A stretch of 64,000 bases of DNA from Spirochaetia bacterium (GTDB lineage: Bacteria; Spirochaetota; Spirochaetia; SZUA-6; Bin103). Below, piece by piece: positions 38,627 through 49,027 of the stretch. The translations under genes were made by a program, and so were the position numbers. The first letter of the stretch is position 1, and the number at the start of each line of letters is the position of its first letter. Location: NCBI GenBank assembly GCA_965203905.1, contig CBDBDQ010000005.1:128001-192000 (forward strand). Reading direction: 5' to 3'. The notes under the pieces are model-generated. The model was not told the origin of the DNA. It searched no databases and saw only the letters and a program-made list of their open reading frames with translations.

Positions 38627-40294
38627 TCAGGTGCCCGGCGCCAGCAGGGCGGCGACCTCCGCGTGCCCGCGGCGTTGCGCCCAGGCGTGCGGCTGCGCCC
38701 ACGCCGGCACCGCCGCCGGTTCCGGACGCGGTCCCCGCTGCGCCAGCAGGAAGCGCACGAACTCCGGCTGTCCGCAGCGCGCCGCCCAACCCAGGGGCGT
38801 GGAGCGGAACTCCTCGTCCACCGCGTCGAGGTCGGCGCCGAACTCCAGGAACAGCTCGGCGGACTTGACGTCGCCGCGCGCGGCGATGTGGTGCAGCGGC
38901 CGGATCTGCTGCCAATTGGGCAGATCGGGGTCCATCCCCTGTTCCAACAGCAAACGCGCCAGAGGCAGCGAGAGCCACAGGTAGGTCTGACAGTAGGTGA
39001 CCACCGGCGGCACGCGGAGCCCGCGCGCCAGCAGCAGGCGCAGCAACCCCTCGTGGCCTGCCTGGATGCAGTGAGGAAACGCCTGCTCCACCGCCGTTGC
39101 GTCGAACAACTCCGGTCGCGCCTCCAGCAGGGCCGCGACGGTGTCGACGTCGCCGCGGTAGCAGTGGGCTGCGAGCCCCATCCGGCCGCCGTAACGGTAA
39201 AGCAGCGCCCGCAACTCGGCGCTGGCCGCGGCCGTGGTGGGAGTCCCGGAAGACTCCACCTCGGCGTTCGGGTCGGCGCCTGCCGCCAGCAGCAGCGCGA
39301 CGATTTCCTGATGGCCATGGTGGGCCGCTGCCCACAGCGCGAAGCCGCGCGGGCAGTTCTGCCCCTCCGGCAGATTGGGGTCGGCACCGGCCGCCAGCAG
39401 CCGGCGCACGATTGCCAGGTGGCCGCGTTCCGCGGCGGCGGACAGCGGCCGCTTACCACACGCCTCGGCCAGATTGGCCGTAGCGGCATCGGCGCGGATC
39501 AGCTCCTCCACGCGCGTCTCGTCGCCCAGAGCGGCAGCTATCGTCGGTGAATAGTCCGCGCCGCGGTCAAGCAGGTGCCGAGCCAGCGCCAGGTCGTCGC
39601 GCCGCCCCCAGTACGGGTCGCGCCACAGAGCCAGCACCACGGGGCGGAAGCCGGCCCCTCCGAGCCGGTCGTCGCCGCCGAAGCCAGGTGCGTCGATGTC
39701 CGCGCCGGCGTCCAGCAGCAGGTCGACCAGGTCCCCGCGCCCGGCCGCCACGGCGTAGTGCAGCGGCCTCCGGCCAAGATGGTCGCCGCGGTCGACGAGG
39801 CGGGGATCGTCCGCCAGCAGGCGCGCCAGCCCTGCCGCGTCGCCGCCGACAACTGCCGCGTGCACGGCGTGCCGGACGCCCGCGGAGGAAAGGCGCCGAT
39901 CAAGAGTCTCGCGCAGAAACCGGGCGACCTGCGGGTGGCCGCGATCGTCGGCCATCTGCAACAGGGTGTCGTTACCGTACAGGGTGTTGCGATGGCTGAG
40001 ATCAGCTCCGGCGGACACCAGCAACCGCACCGCCTCCAGGTGTCCCTCGCGCACGGCGAAGTGCAACGGCTGCATGTACCAGTAGCCGGCGGCCACCAGG
40101 CTGGGATCTCGCTCCAGGGCGCCGCGAAGCGAATCCAGGTCGCCGGCGCGGGCCGCGGTCAGCACTTGCCAGACGTCCTCGCCGCGCCAGCCGCCGCTGC
40201 CGTACCGAGTGCCGGCGCCAAGCTCCTGTGGCCGCAGCAGGCGGGGCCCTTCCACGGTACGACGCAGTGTGCAGAAGGGACGCCAACGCGACAA
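38627..40294 (-). CDS. Ankyrin-repeat protein
   Basis: Repeated PLHFAVREGH, PLHYAVAAG, PLSAAAERGH, PLGWAARCG and LL..GAD; alternative start at 40255. Confidence 0.92.
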   Translation of the reverse strand: MSRWRPFCTLRRTVEGPRLLRPQELGAGTRYGSGGWRGEDVWQVLTAARAGDLDSLRGALERDPSLVAAGYWYMQPLHFAVREGHLEAVRLLVSAGADLSHRNTLYGNDTLLQMADDRGHPQVARFLRETLDRRLSSAGVRHAVHAAVVGGDAAGLARLLADDPRLVDRGDHLGRRPLHYAVAAGRGDLVDLLLDAGADIDAPGFGGDDRLGGAGFRPVVLALWRDPYWGRRDDLALARHLLDRGADYSPTIAAALGDETRVEELIRADAATANLAEACGKRPLSAAAERGHLAIVRRLLAAGADPNLPEGQNCPRGFALWAAAHHGHQEIVALLLAAGADPNAEVESSGTPTTAAASAELRALLYRYGGRMGLAAHCYRGDVDTVAALLEARPELFDATAVEQAFPHCIQAGHEGLLRLLLARGLRVPPVVTYCQTYLWLSLPLARLLLEQGMDPDLPNWQQIRPLHHIAARGDVKSAELFLEFGADLDAVDEEFRSTPLGWAARCGQPEFVRFLLAQRGPRPEPAAVPAWAQPHAWAQRRGHAEVAALLAPGT

Positions 40295-40397
40295 GGGAGC
40301 ACCGCAGCAGAATCGCTGCGCGCGCTTGGGTCGATCCTATCCGAACCAGATGCCGAGGTACTTGGTGAACCAGAATACGGCGGCGTAGGTGGCGGCC

Positions 40398-41201
40398 TTA
40401 CGGCAACAACTCCGCGATGACCGGCGCGTGATCGCTGGCGATCATCCCCTCCTTCTTCTTGCGGTAGTCGCGGTCGATCCACACCTCCCGGGTGTACCCC
40501 GTCAGCTCCCCGGTCGCCAGCAGGAAGTCGATGCGCAGGCCCAGATTCTTGTGGAAGTTGCCGGCCCGGTAGTCCCACCAGGAAAAGTGGCTTCCTTCGG
40601 GGTGGCGATGACGGTAGAGGTCGTTCAGACCGAGCGCGGTCAGCGCGCCGAACCGCTCCCGCTCGTCGGGAGTGTGGAAGATCTTGCCCTGCCAGGTGGC
40701 CTCGTCCCAGGTGTCGAGGGGGCCGGGACAGAGGTTGAAGTCGCCGCCCACCACCAGCGCGCCGGATCCGGCCAGTTCCTGGCGCACGAACGGCACCAGC
40801 GCGTCGAGAAACGTCAGCTTGTGGGCGAATTCCTGATGTCCGACGCGGCGCCCGTTGGGCACGTACACGGAGATGCAGGAGAGCGTACCGAGGCCGGTCA
40901 GCTCCACCTCGGCGCCCACCAGCCGCGCGCCCTGCTCCTCCAGCCCGGGCAGGCCGCGAGTCACCGGCCGGAGCGCGCCGATGCTGGCGCTGCGGGCCAG
41001 AATGGCAACCCCGTTCCAGCTCTTCTGGCCGTGCACTACCGCCTGGTAGCCGGCCTCCTCCAGCTCCGCGTGGGGGAACCGGTCGGCGCTCAGCTTCAGC
41101 TCCTGCAGCAGCACCAGGTCCGGCGCACGCGCCTGCAGCCAGTGGCGCACGAACCCCAGGCGCGCCTGCATCCCGTTGATATTCCAGGTGGCGATGATCA
41201 T
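40398..41201 (-). CDS. xth: Exodeoxyribonuclease III
   Basis: ATWNING, LQELK, YVPNG, GDFN, FSWWDYR, GLRID, SDHAPV. Confidence 0.95.
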   Translation of the reverse strand: MIIATWNINGMQARLGFVRHWLQARAPDLVLLQELKLSADRFPHAELEEAGYQAVVHGQKSWNGVAILARSASIGALRPVTRGLPGLEEQGARLVGAEVELTGLGTLSCISVYVPNGRRVGHQEFAHKLTFLDALVPFVRQELAGSGALVVGGDFNLCPGPLDTWDEATWQGKIFHTPDERERFGALTALGLNDLYRHRHPEGSHFSWWDYRAGNFHKNLGLRIDFLLATGELTGYTREVWIDRDYRKKKEGMIASDHAPVIAELLP

Positions 41202-43027
41202 CGGCCGCCCCTCCCGAGAGCCGACATCTGGCGCCGGTTGAGCGCGGCATAGTGGCCGTCCCGGGCCATGAGGTCGTCGTGCCTGCCGCGCTCCACCACG
41301 CGCCCGTCGTCGATGACGAAGATCACGTCGGCGTTGCGGATGGTAGCCAGCCGATGGGCGATGATGATGGCCGTTCGCCCCGCCAGCAACCGCTGCAGGG
41401 CGCGTTGAATGATCGACTCGGTGATCGAGTCGACACTGGAGGTAGCCTCGTCCATGATCAGGATGCGCGGGTCGGCCAGCACCGCGCGCGCCACCGAGAT
41501 GAGCTGGCGTTGCCCCACCGAGAGATTGCGACCGAACTCGGTCACCACCGTATCGAACCCCAGTGGCATGGCTGCCACGAACCGGTCCAGGCCCACGGCG
41601 GCGCTCGCCGATGCCACCGCGGCCGCGTCGGCATCGGGACGCCCGAAGGCGATATTGTCGCGGATGGTGCCGGCAAACAGGAACGGCTCCTGCGGCACCA
41701 ATGCCAGATGGCGCCGCAGGTTCTCCTGCGCCAGGTCGCGCACATCGTGGCCGTCGAGCAGAACCGCACCGCCAGTGACCTCGTAGAAGCGGGAGATGAG
41801 GCTGACGATGGTGGTCTTGCCGGCTCCCGTGGGACCGACCAGGGCGGCGGTCTGACCCGCCTCGATCACCAGGTCGACGTCATGCAGCACCGGCGCGCCG
41901 GGGTGGTAGGCGAAGTCGACGCCGCGCAACTCCACCCGCCCCGTGAGCCATGGCTGCCAGGGCTCCGGTCCCGCCGCGGCGCCGCGGCGGTCGCGCACCG
42001 CCGGTCTGGTGTCCAGCAGCCGCATCACGTTCTCGGCGCCGGCCATGGCCGACTGCATGGTGGCGTAAAGCTGGCTGAGTTCCTGAATCGGCTGAAAGAA
42101 TCGGCTCACGTAGGCCAGGAACGCCACCACTACGCCCAGCGTCAGGGTGCCGCGAGCCACTGCCAGCCCGCCGACCAGCAGAATCGCGCCGGTGGCAACC
42201 ATCGCCAGCAACTCCACGCTGGGCATGAAGGTGAAGGTCAACGAGGCGGCCGCGATGTGGCTGTCGCGATTGGCCTCGTTCACCTCGCTGAACCGGCGGC
42301 GGGCGATGCGCTGCTGGCCGAACGCCTGAATCACGCCCATCCCGGCGATAGCCTCGGCCAGGTTGCCCACGACGCCGGCTACGCGCTCCCGCGTGATGCG
42401 GAATGCCCGCCGCGCCCGCAACGAGAACACCCACGTCGCCAGCAGCATCAACGGCACTACGGCAAAGGTCACCAGCGCCAGCTCCACGTCGAAGGTCAGC
42501 ATCGCCACCACGATGCCGGCCAGCAGCAGCGTGTCCCCGGCGATCGCTACCAGTCCCTGCGACAGTGCTTCGTTGATCACCGCCACGTCCCCGATCACGT
42601 GGGAAATGGTGACGCCGATGATGTGGCGGTCGTGATAGCTCACCGACAGCCGCTGCAGATGGCGGTGCAACTCCGCACGCAGGGTGGCGAGCACCCGCTG
42701 GCCGACCCAGGAAAGCAGGTAGCGCTGCAACGCGGACAGCCCGTAGATACCGACGAACGCCGCTCCGAGCGCCGCCGTGATTGCCATCAGCCCCAGCACG
42801 TCGCCATTGGCGATGGGACCGTCGATGGCGACCTTTATCAGCAGCGGTGCCAGCAGGCTGAGGCCGGTGGTGCCGATCATGCAGCCGAATGCGGCCGCCA
42901 TGCGCAGCGTGTGCGGCCGCAGATAGCGCACCAGACGCAACAGCGCACCCGCGGAGCCGCCCTCGCGCACCGCTCCGAACGACCGCAGCAGGGAGTTGGG
43001 ACCGCCTCCGCCGAACATCGAGCTCAC
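41198..43027 (-). CDS. ABC exporter half-transporter (TMD+NBD)
   Basis: GPTGAGKT, LSVGQRQ, MDEATSS, IAHRL. Confidence 0.93.
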   Translation of the reverse strand: MSSMFGGGGPNSLLRSFGAVREGGSAGALLRLVRYLRPHTLRMAAAFGCMIGTTGLSLLAPLLIKVAIDGPIANGDVLGLMAITAALGAAFVGIYGLSALQRYLLSWVGQRVLATLRAELHRHLQRLSVSYHDRHIIGVTISHVIGDVAVINEALSQGLVAIAGDTLLLAGIVVAMLTFDVELALVTFAVVPLMLLATWVFSLRARRAFRITRERVAGVVGNLAEAIAGMGVIQAFGQQRIARRRFSEVNEANRDSHIAAASLTFTFMPSVELLAMVATGAILLVGGLAVARGTLTLGVVVAFLAYVSRFFQPIQELSQLYATMQSAMAGAENVMRLLDTRPAVRDRRGAAAGPEPWQPWLTGRVELRGVDFAYHPGAPVLHDVDLVIEAGQTAALVGPTGAGKTTIVSLISRFYEVTGGAVLLDGHDVRDLAQENLRRHLALVPQEPFLFAGTIRDNIAFGRPDADAAAVASASAAVGLDRFVAAMPLGFDTVVTEFGRNLSVGQRQLISVARAVLADPRILIMDEATSSVDSITESIIQRALQRLLAGRTAIIIAHRLATIRNADVIFVIDDGRVVERGRHDDLMARDGHYAALNRRQMSALGRGGR

Positions 43028-44877
43028 GCCGTGCCACCCTCCGCGCTACCCGCCGACTCGCGCTGCATCTGCTCCCGGCAGATTGCGCGGTAAGTGGGCG
43101 AGGCCTCCATCAGTTCCGCGTGCCGCCCGCGTGCCGTGATGCGGCCCTCGTCCAGCACCACCACCACGTCCGCCAGCTCCAGGGTGCTCAGCCGCTGTGC
43201 GATCACGTAGGAAGTGCGTCCCGCCAGCAGTCGCCGCAGCGCTTCGTGTATCAGCTCCTCGGTGTGGGCGTCCACGCTGGAGGTGGCGTCGTCCAGGATC
43301 AGGACCCGCGGATCGACCAGCAAGGCGCGGGCGATGGCGATGCGCTGCCGTTGTCCCCCGGACAGGGTCACGCCGCGCTCGCCGACCATCGTGTCGTAGC
43401 CTTCTTCCAGCTTCCTGACGAAGTCGTGGATGCACGCCGCCCGCGCCGCCTCGTGCACCTCCGCGTCGGTGGCTTGCGGGCGCCCGAAGGCGATGTTGTC
43501 GCGGATGCTGGCCGCGAACAGCACCGGATCCTGCATCACCACGCCGACCTGGGAACGCAGCGACGCGAGGGTCACCTCGCGCAGGTCGTGGCCGTCGATG
43601 CTCACGCTGCCCGCGTCCGGATCGTAGAGGCGCAGCACCAGCCCGGCCAGCGTGGTCTTGCCGGAGCCGGTAGCTCCCAGCAGCGCCACCGTGGTGCCGG
43701 CGCGCACCTCCAGGTCCACGTCCCGCAGAGCCCAGCCGCCATCGCCGCCGTCCACGCCGTCTGCGTGAGCAGCGTCACCCATGCCGTTGCCGGCATAACG
43801 GTAGGACACGCCCGCCATCCTTACCGTGCCGCGAATCGGCGGCAGCGCGGGCGCGTCCGGGCGCTCCTCCACCCCGTCGGGGGCATCGAGCACCGCGGCG
43901 ATGCGCTCGCCCGAGGCCGCCGCCATGGCCAGCATGGGGATCACCAGGCCCACCCGGCGAATCGGCGCGAAGAGCTGGGTCAGGTAGGTGGTGAACGCCA
44001 CCAGCTCGCCGATGGTGAGGCTGCCGTTGATGGTGAACACGCCGCCGGCGCCGACCACCAGCACCAGGCCGAAGTTGGCGATCAGGTCGAGCAGCGGCGA
44101 ATTCACCGCGGTCAGACGCGCGTTCTGTGCGGCAATGTCGAACCAGGCATCGTTCTCGGTACGGAAGCGCTCGATCTCGTTCCGCTCCTGGGCGAACGCC
44201 TTGACCAGCCTCACGCCACGCAGGTTCTGCTCCAGCAACGAGGTGAGGACACCGAGCTGGTGCTGCAGGCGCGAGGCCAGGGGCCGCTGGCGGCGGCCGT
44301 ACTGGTAGCCGCGAACGACCAGCAGCGGCATGGTCGCCAGCGCCAGCACGCCGAGCAGCGGGTTCATGGCGATCAGCACCGCCAGGGTGGCCAGGAACAG
44401 CACCGCCGCGTCCACCACCCGCAGCACCGCCCGCCCGGTGAGAAAGCGGATGCGCTCCACGTCCTGCACCGCGCGCTGCAGGAGCTGGCCCGACTCCATG
44501 CGGCTGATCAGCGACACCGACATGGCGGTGAAGCGGGTGAACATCTCCTGGCGCAGGGTGGCGGCCACTCCTTGCGAGACCATCTCGGTCCAGCGGCCCA
44601 TGAGGAATGCCAGCACGGCTCGCAACAGGGCCAGCAACAGGAGGATCCCGACCGCGCGCCAGACCACCTGCAGGTCCTGCCTGGCGATGCCGTGGTCGAC
44701 GATCCAGCGCACCAGTTGCGGAATGGCGGTGAGGGTGGCGGTACCGAGGAGCATCACCGTGTAGATGGCGGTCACCCGACGCCAGCGCGGCGCCAGGTAG
44801 GCCAGAAACCGACGGTTGATACGGAACGCGGAGAGCTGGGTGTGGCCGGTCGCGGGCGGAGCAGCGTTGTTGGGCAC
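43024..44877 (-). CDS. ABC exporter half-transporter (TMD+NBD, degenerate site)
   Basis: GATGSGKT, LSGGQRQR, LDDATSS, IAQRL. Confidence 0.93.
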   Translation of the reverse strand: MPNNAAPPATGHTQLSAFRINRRFLAYLAPRWRRVTAIYTVMLLGTATLTAIPQLVRWIVDHGIARQDLQVVWRAVGILLLLALLRAVLAFLMGRWTEMVSQGVAATLRQEMFTRFTAMSVSLISRMESGQLLQRAVQDVERIRFLTGRAVLRVVDAAVLFLATLAVLIAMNPLLGVLALATMPLLVVRGYQYGRRQRPLASRLQHQLGVLTSLLEQNLRGVRLVKAFAQERNEIERFRTENDAWFDIAAQNARLTAVNSPLLDLIANFGLVLVVGAGGVFTINGSLTIGELVAFTTYLTQLFAPIRRVGLVIPMLAMAAASGERIAAVLDAPDGVEERPDAPALPPIRGTVRMAGVSYRYAGNGMGDAAHADGVDGGDGGWALRDVDLEVRAGTTVALLGATGSGKTTLAGLVLRLYDPDAGSVSIDGHDLREVTLASLRSQVGVVMQDPVLFAASIRDNIAFGRPQATDAEVHEAARAACIHDFVRKLEEGYDTMVGERGVTLSGGQRQRIAIARALLVDPRVLILDDATSSVDAHTEELIHEALRRLLAGRTSYVIAQRLSTLELADVVVVLDEGRITARGRHAELMEASPTYRAICREQMQRESAGSAEGGTA

Positions 44878-44915
44878 AGACGTAGGCAGCGGCGGCGGCG
44901 TATGATCCGTCCGTC

Positions 44916-46835
44916 ATGGACAGTGTCTCATCCTTGCGCCAGACCCCGCAAGGGCAAGCCGCCGCGCCGTTGCGGTCGGTGAGCCTGGGCGCCGGCGTGG
45001 AGCAACGCATCGCGGCGTTCGTGGAGGGCAGCGCGCGCCGGCTGGAGCTGCCGGCGGAGGCCGCCGCGTGGCAGGAGCAGGCGGCCGCCCTGCGTGTGCG
45101 CTGCCGCGAGCTGCTGCTGCGCGGCCATCCCACCGGCGTGCTGGAGGAGCGCCCCCAGGTGGTGTGGGGAGAGACCCTGCAGCCGGCGCCCGAGTATCGC
45201 ATCCGCAAGCTGCGCTTCGAGGGCTATCCCGGGGTGTGGGTGCCGGCGCTCTGGTACGAGCCGGCCGCCGCCTCCGGACAGGACCCCGTCCCGGCGGTGC
45301 TGAACTCCAACGGCCACCACGCCGGCGGGGTGGCGATGGACTACAAGCAGGCGCGCTGCATCAACCTGGCCAAGCGCGGCATGCTGGCGCTGAGCTTCGA
45401 GTTCCTGGGAATGGGAGAGACCGCGAGCCTGGGAGCCCACAACCAGCAACTGCTGCTCGACCTGCTCGGCCAGTGCGGCGCGGGCGTGTTCCTGGTGGTG
45501 ATGAAGCGCGCCCTGGACCTGCTGCTGGAGCACCCGGCGACGGACCCGGAACGGACCGCGATGACCGGTCTCTCCGGCGGCGGCTGGCAGACCGTGCTGC
45601 TGGCAGCGCTGGACCAGCGGGTGCGGGTGGTGGTGCCGGTGGCCGGGCACATGCCGGCCTGGGCGCGGCGCGACCTGCCGGACGTGGGGGACGCCGAACA
45701 ACTGCCCGCCGACCTGTGCACCGTGGCGGATTACGACACCCTGTCCGCCCTGCTCGCCCCGCGCCCGACCCTGTTCATCTTCAATCGCTACGACGACTGC
45801 TGCTTCCAGCCGCACAAGTCGGTCGCCGGCACCTACGAGCCGGCACGGGCCGCGTTCACCCTGCTCGGGGCGGCCGACGCCTGCGCCCTGCACGTGTGCG
45901 AGGAGCCCGCCCACAACTACGGCCCCGACAACCGGTCGCAGCTCTACCGGTGGCTGAACCGCCACTTCGGACTGCGCACCCCGGCCGCCGACCTGCCGTG
46001 GGAGCAGGAGGTGCTGAGCGAGGCGGAGTTGGCGGTGGGACTGCCGCCGGCCCGCCCCTCGTTCGCCACCATGGCCGGCGCGCTGCTGGAACAGCTCCGC
46101 CACCGAGAGGCGGCGGCCCCGCGCGCGCCCGACCGCGCCGCGGTGGCGCGGGTGCTGCGCTACCGGGAGAGCGCGGTCTCCGCGGTCACGGTGCTCACGA
46201 GCCGGGTCTACGACGGTGCCGTGCTGGCCGAGGAACTGCTGCTGGAGATGGACCGGCGCTGGCCGCTGCCGGCCGTCCTGGTGCGGCCCGAGGCGCCTGT
46301 CGGAGCCGCGCTGGTGGTGGGCGACGGCGCGCATCCGGCGCCGGCCGAGCTGACCTCGCGGGCCGCCGGGCTCGCCCACACGGTGCTGGCGGTGGACCTG
46401 CTGGGCTGCGGTGCGCTGCGTCCCGAGCCCCGCTCCACGCTGCTGCTGGGCACCGTGGGGCGGCCGCTGCTGGGGATGCAGGTGGCTCAGATTCTGGCGC
46501 TGGCGCGGTGGCTGCGCGAAGTCGCCGGCGACCGACCGCTGCACGTGCAGGCCGGCGGCCGCGCGCCCGGCGTGGCGGCGCTGCTCGCGGCCGCGCATAC
46601 GCCGGCGGCGTTCGCCGCAGTGGAGACGCCCGCCCTGCCGCGTTCGCTCGACACGCTGGTCGAGTTGCCCGTGGCGTTCGAGAGCGCCGACACGGCGCTG
46701 TTCTGCTTCGGGCTGCGCGCCACGCTCGACCTCGACGACCTGCAGCGACTGGCCACCGGGGTGATCGTACTGGCGCACCATCGCGGGCGGCTCTGGAGAC
46801 ACCCTTACCTTCAGCTTCGGCGCCCAGGGGTGTAG
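44916..46835 (+). CDS. Two-domain alpha/beta hydrolase (acetylxylan-esterase-like)
   Basis: PAVLNSNGH, nucleophile motif TGLSGGG, LAPRP, HNY; degenerate second domain. Confidence 0.8.
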   Translation: MDSVSSLRQTPQGQAAAPLRSVSLGAGVEQRIAAFVEGSARRLELPAEAAAWQEQAAALRVRCRELLLRGHPTGVLEERPQVVWGETLQPAPEYRIRKLRFEGYPGVWVPALWYEPAAASGQDPVPAVLNSNGHHAGGVAMDYKQARCINLAKRGMLALSFEFLGMGETASLGAHNQQLLLDLLGQCGAGVFLVVMKRALDLLLEHPATDPERTAMTGLSGGGWQTVLLAALDQRVRVVVPVAGHMPAWARRDLPDVGDAEQLPADLCTVADYDTLSALLAPRPTLFIFNRYDDCCFQPHKSVAGTYEPARAAFTLLGAADACALHVCEEPAHNYGPDNRSQLYRWLNRHFGLRTPAADLPWEQEVLSEAELAVGLPPARPSFATMAGALLEQLRHREAAAPRAPDRAAVARVLRYRESAVSAVTVLTSRVYDGAVLAEELLLEMDRRWPLPAVLVRPEAPVGAALVVGDGAHPAPAELTSRAAGLAHTVLAVDLLGCGALRPEPRSTLLLGTVGRPLLGMQVAQILALARWLREVAGDRPLHVQAGGRAPGVAALLAAAHTPAAFAAVETPALPRSLDTLVELPVAFESADTALFCFGLRATLDLDDLQRLATGVIVLAHHRGRLWRHPYLQLRRPGV

Positions 46836-46838
46836 CGC

Positions 46839-47762
46839 ATGCTCCGCAACCACGGTAGCGTCGCGGCAGCGTTACCCGACCGCATCACGGCCTCCATGGC
46901 CGCGGAGCTGGTGCCGTTGCGCGGGCATGGCATAACGGTACCCGGCCCCGGCGGTCCGCTGATGGTCTACCGCTCCGGCATGGGCGCTCCCGTGCTGCTG
47001 GTGCACGGCCTCACCGCGAGCGCGCTGCAATGGCACCCGGTGGTGCCGGTGCTGGCACGCCGCTACGAGGTGATCGCCGTCGATGCCCGCGGTCACGGTC
47101 GCAGCGCGCTGGCAGGCCCGGCCGCCGACCGGCTCGGCTATGCGGCCCGTCATCACGCGGCCGACCTGGTCGCGGTGCTGGACCGGCTCGGCATTGCGCG
47201 TGCAGCCCTGGTGGGGCAGTCGATGGGCGCCGAGAACGTCGCCTGCTGCGCCGCGCGCTATCCGGAACGGGTTGCCTGCGTAGTGCTCGAAGATCCGCCC
47301 TGGTGGCCCCTGCCGCAGGCCCCGCTCAGCGCGCGCCGCGCCATGCGCCACGAGTGGCACGCGCAGTTGCTGGCGGAGCAGCGGCTGCCCGACGCGGAGC
47401 TGCGGGCGCAGCGCGCCGGCCCCGATCCCGGCCTCCCGCCGGCGCTGGCCGAGGAGGCGCTGGCGGACCGCCGCCGGCTCACGCCGGCGGTGCTGGAGTG
47501 GCTGGTCGAGCGGGAACACTGGAGCCGTTTCGTACCCGAGCTGGTCGCCCCCACGCTGCTGCTGACCGGCGATCTGGACCAGGGCGCGATCGTCAGCCCG
47601 CTGGTGGCGCGGCAGGTGCAGGCGCGCCACGCCATGGCTGGAAGCGGGTGCCAGGTCCGAGTGCGCCACGTGGCGGGGGCCGGGCACGGTATCCACGACG
47701 GGCGGCCGCGGGAGTTTCTCGCCGCCGTGCTGCCCTTTCTGGCCGCCCACGCCGGCTGCTGA
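46839..47762 (+). CDS. Alpha/beta fold hydrolase
   Basis: LVHG, DARGHG.S, GQSMG, AGH. Confidence 0.88.
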   Translation: MLRNHGSVAAALPDRITASMAAELVPLRGHGITVPGPGGPLMVYRSGMGAPVLLVHGLTASALQWHPVVPVLARRYEVIAVDARGHGRSALAGPAADRLGYAARHHAADLVAVLDRLGIARAALVGQSMGAENVACCAARYPERVACVVLEDPPWWPLPQAPLSARRAMRHEWHAQLLAEQRLPDAELRAQRAGPDPGLPPALAEEALADRRRLTPAVLEWLVEREHWSRFVPELVAPTLLLTGDLDQGAIVSPLVARQVQARHAMAGSGCQVRVRHVAGAGHGIHDGRPREFLAAVLPFLAAHAGC

Positions 47763-47770
47763 GCACGCCC

Positions 47771-49027
47771 GTGGAACAGTGGCGCAGGAACCTCTACCTG
47801 GCCTGGCTGGCGCAGATCCTGACCCTCAGCGGCTTCGGCTTCATCCTGCCGTTCATCCCGCTGTTCATTCGCGAGCTGGGGGTGACCGAGCCGTCATCGC
47901 TCAAGCTGTGGGCGGGCCTCACGGCCGGGGCGCCCGGCCTGGTGATGGCCGTGGCGGCCCCGTTCTGGGGGATGGTGTCCGACCGCTTCGGGCGCAAGGT
48001 GATGATCGTGCGGGCCCTGGCCTCGTCCATGATCATCGCGGTAGCCCTGGGCTTCGCACCGACGGTGCAGGTGGTGTTTGCGCTGCGGGCGCTGCAGGGA
48101 CTGTTCAGCGGCTCGGTGACCGCCGCGGCGACGCTGGTGGCGGTCGGCACGCCGCGCGTGCATCTGACCCGGGCCCTGGGGCTGATGGGCTCTTCGACCT
48201 TCATCGGCTCCAGTCTGGGGCCGCTGGTGGGCGGGGTTTCCGCCGACCTGTTCGGATTCCGGTTCTCGTTCTTCGTGGGAGCCGGGCTGATAGCCGTGGG
48301 ACTGGTGCTGGTGGTGCTGTTCCTGCAGGAGCCGGGCGGAGAGCCCTCCGCACGGCGCCGCCTGGCCGCGCGGCCCCCACGCGCCGGCCGGCCGCCGGTC
48401 CGCGAGCTGCTCAGCCTGCCCTTCCTGCTGCTGTTCGCGGTGATATTCCTGCTGCGCTTCGCCCGCGCCCAGCCGACGGCGTTCATTCCCCTCTACGTCG
48501 CCGAGCTGCGCGCCGGGAGTCTCGGCGCTGCGGTGGCGGGCGACGCCGCCATCACGGGCCTGATCATGGCCGGCTCCGCCGCCGTGGCCGCCGCCGCCGG
48601 CATCACCCTGGCGCGGCTGGGGGACCGCTTCAACAAGCTGTGGCTGATCGCCGTCAGCTCCGGGCTAGGGGCACTGGTGGCGCTGCCTACCTTCTTCGCC
48701 CCCAACCTGGCGCTGTTCGCGCTGTTCTTCATCGCGAGCGGGTTCGTCCTGGGCAGCGTGCAGCCGTTCGTGCAGTCGTACCTGTCGGTGCACAGCGCGC
48801 GGGCGCGGCACGGGATGCTGTTCGGACTGCAGAACATGGTCGGCGGACTCGGTTTCGGCCTCGGACCGCTGGCGGCAAGCTGGACTTCGATTCTCACCAG
48901 TACCCGGCATGTGTTCCTGTCGTATACCCTGTCATTTGCAGGCATCACGCTGTTGATGCTGGCAGCGCGGCTGCTCGGCCGGCGCTTCACTCGCGCACTG
49001 CCGCGGCCGCCACAAGGAGAAACCTGA
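47771..49027 (+). CDS. MFS transporter (MdtG/DHA1-like)
   Basis: WRRNLY, PFIPLFI, WG.VSDRFGRK; about 12 hydrophobic segments. Confidence 0.9.
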   Translation: MEQWRRNLYLAWLAQILTLSGFGFILPFIPLFIRELGVTEPSSLKLWAGLTAGAPGLVMAVAAPFWGMVSDRFGRKVMIVRALASSMIIAVALGFAPTVQVVFALRALQGLFSGSVTAAATLVAVGTPRVHLTRALGLMGSSTFIGSSLGPLVGGVSADLFGFRFSFFVGAGLIAVGLVLVVLFLQEPGGEPSARRRLAARPPRAGRPPVRELLSLPFLLLFAVIFLLRFARAQPTAFIPLYVAELRAGSLGAAVAGDAAITGLIMAGSAAVAAAAGITLARLGDRFNKLWLIAVSSGLGALVALPTFFAPNLALFALFFIASGFVLGSVQPFVQSYLSVHSARARHGMLFGLQNMVGGLGFGLGPLAASWTSILTSTRHVFLSYTLSFAGITLLMLAARLLGRRFTRALPRPPQGET

